The notes under the pieces were generated by a model that had not been told where the DNA came from, did no database searches, and was given only the letters and a program-made list of their open reading frames with translations. From Zygophlyctis sp. KS116 (taxonomy: Eukaryota; Fungi; Chytridiomycota), in contig BAAFSQ010000326.1 of the NCBI GenBank assembly GCA_054661495.1, positions 1 through 10,414 on the forward strand: a stretch of DNA of 10,414 bases, read 5' to 3'. This document shows, piece by piece, positions 1 through 7,741 of this stretch. Position numbers and translations under genes: made by a program. Each line of letters begins with the position of its first letter. Position 1 is the stretch's first letter.

Positions 1-171
1 GGAAGGACTTACACCCCTTACTTCCGGAATACTGGCTCCAGATAGTGCATTTGGGTGATTTGGTGAGACTCTAACTGATTGCTGGAATGTTTCAGCAACT
101 GAGTTGATGATTTTACCAAATGTATTAGCTGCATTGATGCATGAGAGGAATGCAAGTACTATTATCAGCAT
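1..171 (-). CDS. 5' end (57 codons, runs off the window) of secreted ankyrin-like family paralog A
   Basis: Minus strand from ATG at 171 reads MLIIVLAFLSCINAANTFGKIINSVAETFQQSVRVSPNHPNALSGASIPEVRGVSPS. Bases 45-171 match 5985-6111 at 122/127 nt. Whether the frame stays intact beyond the window edge cannot be seen. Confidence 0.8.
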   Translation of the reverse strand, partial: MLIIVLAFLSCINAANTFGKIINSVAETFQQSVRVSPNHPNALSGASIPEVRGVSPS

Positions 172-242
172 TCTAGAATTTGAATTGATTTTGACAGATT
201 TGAAACAATCAGCGGCGATCTTAATTGAGCCGCAACGGAGCC
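45..242. repeat. Dispersed direct repeat, copy 1 (leader-coding region plus about 70 nt upstream)
   Basis: Aligns to 5985-6179 with 5 substitutions in the 127 coding nt, and 4 substitutions plus a 3-nt indel upstream. Confidence 0.95.
212..233. promoter_or_regulatory. Putative promoter dyad GCGGC-gatc-TTAA-ttga-GCCGC upstream of paralog A
   Basis: GC-rich inverted arms around a centred TTAA, about 40-60 nt upstream of the ATG. Identical at 6149-6170. Function is inferred. Confidence 0.35.
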
Positions 243-325
243 GTAAGCTTATCGGTCAAAACCGCTTCAAACTCATCACGATCTCATACAAAGGGAAATC
301 ACCAATATAATATCATTTTTTAAAA

Positions 326-941
326 TCACAGTTTTGAACTCTTTTCATCATTTTCAGAGAAATAAGCAGCCATTCTGACTTCACTTTGAACAAATCCACA
401 TTTTTGATAAAATGGAACATTCTCTTCTACACAATCTAGAATAACTTTATAACAACCTTTTGAACGTCCGATTTCCTTTAAAGTCTCAATGATCAGTTGT
501 CCGAGATGACGCCCGCGATAATCTAGCCATTCAAGTAATCTATTTACATTTATCAGTCACAACATCTTCTAAATGCCCAACTAGACCATTCTGATGAACA
601 AACTTGCGTTCTATAAACAGAGTACCACAGCCAACTAATATCAAATTAACCAATATTACCGATTTGATTGCAAGATAAATCTTCCACGACTATAATATGA
701 TACTCATCTCCTCTAGATTTAAGATAATTGTAGCGATCTATTATTATAAATATTACTTGAAAATACCAATAAATTGACCAAAAGTCAAAGATCCAACCGA
801 CGTGAGCATTCCAAGAACCTTTAAGAATCCTTTATGAAAATCGTTTAATTCCAATTCTCTTATATAGAAACCTTGAGATCTTATATTTTCATAAGCTTCA
901 GGAGGAATGCAGTAATTTGAAATATATTGATCTGTACTCAT
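326..941 (-). CDS. GNA1: Glucosamine-6-phosphate N-acetyltransferase (GNAT family), 178 aa; complement join(326..522,548..634,660..737,767..941)
   Basis: Removing three GT-AG introns gives IRELELNDFHKGFLKVLGMLT...TLFIERKFVHQNGLVGHLEDVVTDKYYRGRHLG...GCYKVILDCVEENVPFYQKCGF...EKSSKL*, which contains the typical GNA1 motifs. Exons total 537 nt, a whole number of codons. Confidence 0.95.
523..547 (-). other. 25-nt intron (GNA1 intron 3)
   Basis: gtaaatagattacttgaatggctag; removal restores TDKYYRGRHLG. Confidence 0.9.
635..659 (-). other. 25-nt intron (GNA1 intron 2)
   Basis: gtaatattggttaatttgatattag; removal restores QIVGCGTLFIERKF. Confidence 0.9.
738..766 (-). other. 29-nt intron (GNA1 intron 1)
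   Basis: gtattttcaagtaatatttataataatag; removal restores QFIDRYNYLKSRGDEY. Confidence 0.9.
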
Positions 942-1109
942 TTTATCCTTTCCCAGACAAGTTCCATTCTCCCACTGATCTTATCATTTACTTATTAGTC
1001 CAAACGTTCCCACCGATTGCAATTTGCTATAATTATTTTCTCACTAGACTCTACTTATAGTAAAACCCACATAATATTTATTGTATTTTAGTATAAAGTA
1101 CTTAGTAAA

Positions 1110-1829
1110 CTATTCAAATACCTTTCCAGATCCTCTCCACAACTCTTTCATTACTTGACCTTGAATTATATGAGACTCAAACAATTGAGTAGCATTCTCT
1201 GGATTTACTCTTCCATACCAATGTCCAGAGAGAATTGGATTAGAATGATAAACAATACAATTCCCAGCAAACTTGTGTCCTCCAACATGAGAAATCCCAA
1301 AAACAAATACTTTATCCATCAGTCCTTTAGATTTTATAATTTCCTGAAATGCATCAATGATCAATGGACCAAGACTTCCACATCTTAAATCACGTTCTGA
1401 ATGTGTACAAACTAGTATATATGCCATCCCTACTAAATCACAAACATTTTGAGAATCAGATTTTGAATAATAGTTATTGACTATAGTCTCCAATTCTAGT
1501 TCTGAGTCTACCATAATTTTTTTAAAATCTGGAAATATTAGAAATTCATTCTCATGAATCTGATGAGACGCAGTTACCGAAAGTATAGATTTGTTTGGTA
1601 AAGATTTGAAATATTTTAATAGATTTGGTATAGATTTTACAGTTGAGTTTTTTATATCTGATGGCCATGGACTATTCAAGTAGCCTACCCAATGCCGATC
1701 ATATGGTTTAACTGATCCAATCAATGCACTTGTATGATCTATTGAATTCCAAACGCTTTTTGGGATTTTAGATAAACTGCAAGATTGACAACTTGAACAA
1801 TTCCAGGGGATTGACGATGGATAACTCAT
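1110..1829 (-). CDS. APD1: Sucrase/ferredoxin-like (Apd1/Aim32 family) thioredoxin-fold bis-histidyl [2Fe-2S] protein, 239 aa, no intron apparent
   Basis: C-X8-C (CTHSERDLRCG), HxGGH (SHVGGHKFAGN), WYGRVNP and the terminal LWRG are present. N-terminal cysteines and no obvious mitochondrial presequence favour Apd1 over Aim32. Confidence 0.85.
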   Translation of the reverse strand: MSYPSSIPWNCSSCQSCSLSKIPKSVWNSIDHTSALIGSVKPYDRHWVGYLNSPWPSDIKNSTVKSIPNLLKYFKSLPNKSILSVTASHQIHENEFLIFPDFKKIMVDSELELETIVNNYYSKSDSQNVCDLVGMAYILVCTHSERDLRCGSLGPLIIDAFQEIIKSKGLMDKVFVFGISHVGGHKFAGNCIVYHSNPILSGHWYGRVNPENATQLFESHIIQGQVMKELWRGSGKVFE

Positions 1830-1963
1830 TTCTTATATTAAAACTATTTTGTAATGAATTCACTCTTTAGAAAGACTAAAGTTTTAGTTTTACGACTTGG
1901 AGTTGGGTCTAAACTCTATGATCAAGTACAAAGTAGTACAAAGTAACTATAAAAAGTAAAATA

Positions 1964-2577
1964 TTAAAACATTTTTGCAGTATCAAGTCCAACAGATTTA
2001 AGATATTCAATTCTAAAAGAATTATTTTCTGATTCAAGAGAACGATTGACTGGAGTCCATTTAGGATCCTAAATTCCTTTAAAATCTTTAAAATTACCTC
2101 TTTAAAGATTCTCATTGCCTTAATGTAATTATTAGTATCCAGAATAAATCTATGATATATTCCTGCTGGAATCACTATTAAATCACCAATGGTTGTATGA
2201 ATACGAACCCATTCATCTTTAGAATTACGAACATCAAAGTATCCAGATCCTTCAACTACAAGTCTAATTTCTTCATCATCATGTAGATGTTCAGTAAAAA
2301 ATGATTTTAATTTTTCATCATAATTTGGTAATGTTTCTTTAGAGATTGAAATTAAATCTCTATTTTTATAACATCTTTGCTAAAAATTAAGAATAAAGAA
2401 ACTTACAGTCATCAATTCTGAGACTTTTTCTTCATAATTACTAGAAATGTCAAATTTCCAATGCAAAACTCCAATTTTTTCTAATTCTTCAAGACCGACG
2501 GAGACATTTGGAGATTTTTGATGGCTTTCTCTAGGATCAGCATCAGAGTTTGAATCATATTCCCATGCACTGACCAT
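1964..2577 (-). CDS. ADI1: Acireductone dioxygenase (methionine salvage, cupin fold), 185 aa; complement join(1964..2068,2098..2379,2407..2577)
   Basis: The spliced product has [39 protein letters not shown] and [16 protein letters not shown], including the ARD metal ligands H-x-H...E...H. Exons total 558 nt. Confidence 0.96.
2069..2097 (-). other. 29-nt intron (ADI1 intron 2)
   Basis: gtaattttaaagattttaaaggaatttag; removal restores IFKE-DPKWTP. Confidence 0.9.
2380..2406 (-). other. 27-nt intron (ADI1 intron 1)
   Basis: gtaagtttctttattcttaatttttag; phase 0, and its terminal TAG is an in-frame stop. Confidence 0.9.
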
Positions 2578-2718
2578 TTTATCCAAATTGAAAAGTTGAT
2601 GGTTCAACCTCCACACTGACGCAAAACTCTAAAGTACAATTTAGTCGCTGGGTTGCAAAGCTCATTGATCATTCAAGCGTTAAAGTTTAAAAGCTTTTGT
2701 CAAGAATTGGGTAGAATC
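2578..2718. promoter_or_regulatory. 141-bp divergent intergenic region, likely a bidirectional promoter
   Basis: Lies between the head-to-head ATGs of ADI1 (2577, minus) and the 642-aa gene (2719, plus). Confidence 0.5.
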
Positions 2719-4734
2719 ATGAAATTATTATTCTTGATTACATTGATTTCAATGGGAAATTCTATAGTTTCGGACATGAAATTTGGGAAAGATATTTCTA
2801 TTGAAAATCAAATTCAAAAACTATTGAAAAAGTTGATCAATTCGCAAACAAGAGTATCAACAGAATATGAACCCAAAATTATGTATTTTTTCTACTTTAG
2901 AATTGAATAGGTTCCCACCAGTCACTTATAAAATGAAAAAAGGTCTGTTTTCATCCTTTATTCATTTGAATTTTCATGGAGGGGAGTTGGAGTCTGAAAT
3001 TAGGAATAAAATGTCGTTTCCGGATGGTAATTTTTAGATTTAAATTTTTATAGATAATGGGTTTGTTACAATGAATGTTTTGGAAGTTTTGTTAGATCTG
3101 TGGGATTATAATGTAAAGGTTCCGATAAATGTTTTAAATAATGCACTTTCTGGAATAATGGATCATCAGGATAGGAATTCACCTAGATTTTTGCCAAAAT
3201 TTAGTTTTTGGACTCAGGAAGCTATTAAAACAAGATTAAATACTACAGGATATAGTGCTCATCCAACAAATATTGTAGTTCCTCTCAAAATGTATAAATC
3301 TATGAGTGGATTGGTTAATTTTGCTGTAAAGACTCTTAAATTACCTGGGAATGTAAAGCAATTGATTAATGTTGCAAATGATTTTTCAACAATTGGAGGT
3401 GTTATTTTTTCTATTCCACCTGATGCAGATGATACAGGATGTATGTTGGGTGTAACTTCTCAGCTTTTGAAAATGATCAAGGAAAATGATTTATTGAGAG
3501 GTCCTGCAAGTGAATATTTTACGACGATTTCAGATCCAAATAAGGAAGCTCTAGATTCATACGTGAAATATGCTTACAGACCTTACTCTGACAAAGTTGA
3601 TGAAAGCGTTATTGATCCGCGTACATATCATTGGATGCGCCATTTTTTAGCTGAAAGAAATGGATACGTTGACTTGATTACAACATGGTTTCAAAAGATT
3701 TCTGAAATACCTGAGCAAGGGGACTTTCAAAAAATGCCTTTTAGTGTGAATAATGTGGATGGTTCAGTTGTTGTTAATGGTCTTTATGGTATATTGGGAA
3801 CGCTTTTTACCCAACCTGTGAAATATGCATCCAAAATAACTTCGGAATTAGTTAAGCTCATAAGTGATAGTCTGGATCTTGTGCAATATATTCTAGAGAA
3901 TAATTTGATTGCTACTCATGCAGCTTCGATTCTTTTGTATTATCCTAGCAGATTTGCCTTTTATTATTTCATATCAAGACTTTGTAATTTGATGGAAAGT
4001 GGTCCTGAAAATTCTAAAGACCTACCGGTGGCATTTTCAGAGGTCATCTCTAATTATGGAAAAACTTTAAGGCATGCTATGCAAAAATATGGAACTGAAC
4101 AACTAATTTCTTTGAAAATAGATGATGTTTCAAAAGGAATGGTTTACTGGGATGATTTCTTAGGAAATGGAGACTTGAAGCCAAAGTATGAAGATCGTGT
4201 ATTCTCCACTTCAATGGCTCTTAATGCACTGATAAATACCTGGACTGTTAGGGATTACGATAAAGGAACCAAAAAGCTCAGATACGTTGATGAGGTTCCG
4301 CCGATTGTTGTTTCTTCTGCTGAAAGATCTGCTCAATTTTTGCTTTCAAACGAAGCAGATTTTCTGCCCCAGGAAAACGCATTCTTTTCTGCAAGTGTTA
4401 AAAATGAAGGGAGCTTACCTTTCTTTGGCGTCACTAACTATAGGAAATCAGTTGATGGACATAATTCATTAGATTGTACTGAAAGTCTTTATAAGGGAGT
4501 GCATTATGTATTTGGAGTAAAAGGACTGATGTCAGATACGGATTATAACTTACAATCCAAAGCCGGTTGCTTCAATATGTCTACGGGCAATCCAGATGTC
4601 GACTACAATAGGTAAATCTATAAATATCAATCTAAAACACTAGTCCTGATGCTGTTTTTCCTTATTGGAGCGCGCCTAGTTATACATATGCAGTCCGATT
4701 ACTATCGTTTGTGAAATACCGATCTCTATTATAG
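2719..4734 (+). CDS. Putative secreted 642-aa protein with class II terpene cyclase/prenyltransferase-like motifs; join(2719..2882,2911..3026,3054..4611,4644..4734)
   Basis: Three GT-AG introns (28, 27 and 32 nt) join an open 1929-nt CDS: MKLLFLITLISMGNS...FPDDNGFVTMNVLE...IPPDADDTGCMLG...IDPRTY...MPFSVNNVDGSVVVNGL...YYPSRFAFYYFISRL...WDDFLG...EDRVFSTSMALNAL...FPYWSAPSYTYAVRLLSFVKYRSLL*. The gene model is well supported. The function is inferred from motifs only. Confidence 0.85.
2883..2910 (+). other. 28-nt intron
   Basis: gtattttttctactttagaattgaatag; joins PKIM-FPPVTY in an open frame. Confidence 0.8.
3027..3053 (+). other. 27-nt intron
   Basis: gtaatttttagatttaaatttttatag; contains an in-frame TAG, and removal gives FPD-DNGFVT. 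Confidence 0.85.
4612..4643 (+). other. 32-nt intron
   Basis: gtaaatctataaatatcaatctaaaacactag; removal extends the ORF by SPDAVFPYWSAPSYTYAV...LL*. Confidence 0.8.
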
Positions 4735-4851
4735 AAAAAAAGCAGCAATTGCTAGTAGGAGCTAAATATAGTAAATGATCGTCCGATAAGAAAACTGAAA
4801 TTCATATGTCAAATAGCATTCTACTCTTAAGAATTTTATCGATTAAGAACT

Positions 4852-6111
4852 CTAAAGCACTGGATGGAAGCCCATTCCAAATCCATCAAGATATACTGGT
4901 TCTTCAAGTCTAGGTCTTTTAGCCAATGGAGCTTGTTCTCCTATAACCGCAGGCCTCTTTCTCTGAATATTCTCTAATACCCGTTTCACCCTTCCATATG
5001 TTGCTAGATTCTTTGAGTTTGTCATTTCTATAGCTTTTTTTAGCGGATCGGATCCTTTAGTATCTCGAAACTTTAAACGAGGATTTAATAATTCCATTCC
5101 AATACGATCGACCACATCGTCTGTAGCTTTTGACATTGCTGTTAATATACTGCTAACTGTTCTAGGATTCCAGACTTTCTGAGATAAGAAATAATCTATC
5201 GTGCTGACTGTCGGCTGGTGTTTCTTCTGGGAATACATCTTTAGAAAGTTTTCACTCCATTGACTGAGTTCATTGGGATTTTTAAAACTTTCTGTAGCCT
5301 TCTGCAAAACAGAGTCAACATACCATTTTCGTCGGTGATAAAAAGAAGATGACAATGCTTCTGTGTAGATATCCATGCGCATTTTAGGCTTTTCTTTGAC
5401 AACAAGATCAAGTACAGCCGTAAATGTCGGCCTTTGATCTTGATTAACAGATGACACGATCATTCTCCCGTAATTATCTAAAGAAGGATTCCTCTCAATT
5501 AACCACTTAACCATTTCAATGTGACCATAACGGGCAGCTAATGCTTCTGGTAGAAATCTGAAATCTTTGAATTGATAGATATTCTCTTTTCCTACCAGAT
5601 ATTTTAACAGTTCTAATTTTCCATTGGCAAAAATATTGTCTATATCATTGTGGTTGAGTAGGAAATTCTTCTCATCCTTAGCGCTGCTAAAGAATATTTC
5701 AAGATTGTTGATCCTAGTTTGGTCAGATATTTCCTGATTCCCAAGATCTCGCACGATATAGTTTATTATATCTTTGAAAGTTTCTTTCTGTAACTTTGGA
5801 TCTTTATAGGCCTTTGAAGAAAAATATTTAATGATTTCCCGCTCACCCATAACTTTTCCAATGATCGCTTCTTTAAATGACAAGAAAGGAAGGATCTTAT
5901 GATTTACTAATAGACTTGGAACACTATGGGCATCCCATACTTCATGAATGCTTTTGGAATTATGACGTAAATGGGATAAAATAGGTGCATTTGGGTGATT
6001 TGGTGAGACTCTAACTGATTGCTGGAATGTTTCAGCTACTGAGTTGATAATTTTCCCAAATGAATTAGCTGCATTGATGCATGAGAGAAATGCAAGTACT
6101 ATTATCAGCAT
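4852..6111 (-). CDS. Secreted ankyrin-like family paralog B, 419 aa, intronless (true start probably 6111, not 6321)
   Basis: MLIIVLAFLSCINA is signal-peptide-like and aligns with the starts of paralogs A and C. It has ankyrin-like NGKLELLKYLV and ALAARYGHIEMVKWLIE, a basic C-terminal cluster RKRP...AKRPRL, and the tail FGMGFHPVL. Confidence 0.85.
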   Translation of the reverse strand: MLIIVLAFLSCINAANSFGKIINSVAETFQQSVRVSPNHPNAPILSHLRHNSKSIHEVWDAHSVPSLLVNHKILPFLSFKEAIIGKVMGEREIIKYFSSKAYKDPKLQKETFKDIINYIVRDLGNQEISDQTRINNLEIFFSSAKDEKNFLLNHNDIDNIFANGKLELLKYLVGKENIYQFKDFRFLPEALAARYGHIEMVKWLIERNPSLDNYGRMIVSSVNQDQRPTFTAVLDLVVKEKPKMRMDIYTEALSSSFYHRRKWYVDSVLQKATESFKNPNELSQWSENFLKMYSQKKHQPTVSTIDYFLSQKVWNPRTVSSILTAMSKATDDVVDRIGMELLNPRLKFRDTKGSDPLKKAIEMTNSKNLATYGRVKRVLENIQRKRPAVIGEQAPLAKRPRLEEPVYLDGFGMGFHPVL

Positions 6112-6179
6112 TCCAGAATTTGAAGTGATTTTGACCGATTTGAAACTAGCGGCGATCTTAATTGAGCCGCAACCGAGCC
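5985..6179. repeat. Dispersed direct repeat, copy 2
   Basis: Near-identical to 45-242. Confidence 0.95.
6149..6170. promoter_or_regulatory. Putative promoter dyad upstream of paralog B
   Basis: gcggcgatcttaattgagccgc, identical to 212-233. Confidence 0.35.
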
Positions 6180-6387
6180 TTTCATTTGCTCGTCTTTTTC
6201 TGCCGTCTTTCAATGTTTCATGTGATGTTATCCCCATGTGAAATAGTCTTACAATATCACAACTGATGTAAGAACCATAAAAACAACTGTGGGGATAGCT
6301 TTCCCACATCTGCTCCCGCATAACCTTGAGTGTTAAAATGGATTTAGTTCTTAGCTGATAGGCGTAAGAAATTTATTAATGATAAGC

Positions 6388-7662
6388 CTATAAAATATCC
6401 ACAGCATCAGAATCCACAGGATGGAATGGCATTCCAAAAATTTCTACTTCATCTCCAAGTTTAAGTCTTTTGGGTGCTGAACCATGATCACTTAACTCAA
6501 CGGACATTTTGATTTTTTGTAGAATCTTTTTAGCCTTTCCAAAAAGTCCTTCATACATTGGATTGACAATCTCTATAGCTCTTTGTAGTGGATCATATCC
6601 GATTGAATCCAGGAAATGGAAGCGAGGATTTAGTAATTCCATTCCTATACGTTCAAGAACAGCATCAGCTGCTTTAGACATGGCAAGTACTAAGCTACGA
6701 ACTGTTCTTGGATTCCAAACTTGCTGAGAAAAGAAATAATCTAAATTTCCAACTGTCGGTTTCCAATTTGGCTTAGAATACATCTTTAAAAAACCTTCAC
6801 TCCATTGGCTTAAACTGTTTGGTTCAGTAAAGCTTTCAGAGACCTTCTTCAAAACGAACCCAGCATAATCTGCTCGATTGCCCAAAAAACAAGTTGCCAA
6901 TGCAAAAGCAAAAATATCCATTCGCCTTCTCGGCATTTCCTTGGCAGCAGTTTCAAGAATGGTGGCCAAAGTTTGCTTTTTATCATTAAGAATAGAACCC
7001 GATATTGAGTTTTTGTAATTCAAATTAGCAAGATTCTTGCCTAAAATCCACTTAATCATTTCGGAGTGGCCATTCTGAGCAGCTAACTGAGAAGGTAGAT
7101 ATCTTAAATCTCTGAATTGATCAAAATTCTGATTTTCTACAAAGTATTTCAAAAGGTCCAATTTTCCATACTGAAATATCAGGTTAATATCATTGAGGCT
7201 AACGCTGATATTTTCCACACCTTTGACACCAGCTATGAATATTTCAAGATTCTCTATCCGAGTTTGATCTGATATTTGATTATTCTCCAAATTTCTTAAG
7301 ATATAGATCAATATCTCTTGATATGATCTTTCCTGCAATAATTGGTCATCATAGTTCTTTGTAGCAAAATGTCTTATGACATCTTTTTCATCCATTACTC
7401 CAGTATTGATAGCTTCACTAAAATTCATATCTGAAGGTAGAGTTGGGGTAACTATCCGATGTGATTCAGCAGGTGCAGTCCATTTATCTATCCACTCATC
7501 AAAGGAATTATCAAGTTCTAAATCGGACCAATCAAGAGCATATTGGTGATTTGCAGCGAATCGGACTGATTGCTGTACCGCTTCACTAACGGCGTTAACT
7601 GCCAAATGTTGATTGTCTACTGCATTAATGCATGATATCCATGAAACGACAAGTATAAGCAT
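6388..7662 (-). CDS. Secreted ankyrin-like family paralog C, 424 aa, intronless
   Basis: Colinear with B throughout: SCINA, QQSVR, ISDQTRIxNLEIF, GKLxLLKY, LAAxxGHxEMxKW, LSQWSExFLKMYS, VWNPRTV, RIGMELLNPR, PKRLKL and FGMPFHPV. Confidence 0.9.
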   Translation of the reverse strand: MLILVVSWISCINAVDNQHLAVNAVSEAVQQSVRFAANHQYALDWSDLELDNSFDEWIDKWTAPAESHRIVTPTLPSDMNFSEAINTGVMDEKDVIRHFATKNYDDQLLQERSYQEILIYILRNLENNQISDQTRIENLEIFIAGVKGVENISVSLNDINLIFQYGKLDLLKYFVENQNFDQFRDLRYLPSQLAAQNGHSEMIKWILGKNLANLNYKNSISGSILNDKKQTLATILETAAKEMPRRRMDIFAFALATCFLGNRADYAGFVLKKVSESFTEPNSLSQWSEGFLKMYSKPNWKPTVGNLDYFFSQQVWNPRTVRSLVLAMSKAADAVLERIGMELLNPRFHFLDSIGYDPLQRAIEIVNPMYEGLFGKAKKILQKIKMSVELSDHGSAPKRLKLGDEVEIFGMPFHPVDSDAVDIL

Positions 7663-7741
7663 CTTTAAAGAGAGAAAAATTAGTGAGCCATTTTTAACTG
7701 CAAAGAGAAAAGCAGATCTTCAAATTTTGCGATCAGCGAAA

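Noticed and set aside
104-310. Plus-strand 68-aa ORF and its look-alike at 6044-6241
   Set aside because: These are antisense shadows of the duplicated leader. The substitutions are mostly synonymous in the minus-strand frame.
1779-1802. CxxCxxC at the APD1 N-terminus as a novel extra Fe-S or radical SAM site
   Set aside because: The spacing is not CxxxCxxC, and N-terminal cysteine clusters are already known in Apd1-like proteins.
1925-1944. agtacaaagt x2 tandem repeat
   Set aside because: A two-copy 10-mer in a 3' UTR or intergenic region with no sign of function.
1909-2175. 88-aa ORF with a hydrophobic C-terminal tail (possible membrane-anchored ADI1)
   Set aside because: The tail results from reading through intron 2. 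The conserved DPKWTPVNR appears only after splicing, and nothing here supports a retained-intron isoform.
326-4734. GNA1-APD1-ADI1-cyclase-like gene as a biosynthetic cluster
   Set aside because: The three housekeeping genes belong to unrelated pathways, and close spacing is expected in a compact genome.
6112-6321. 70-aa N-terminal extension in the 489-aa ORF
   Set aside because: Paralogs A and C start at the MLI.V Met equivalent to 6111, the extension would bury the signal peptide, and similarity to A ends at 6179.
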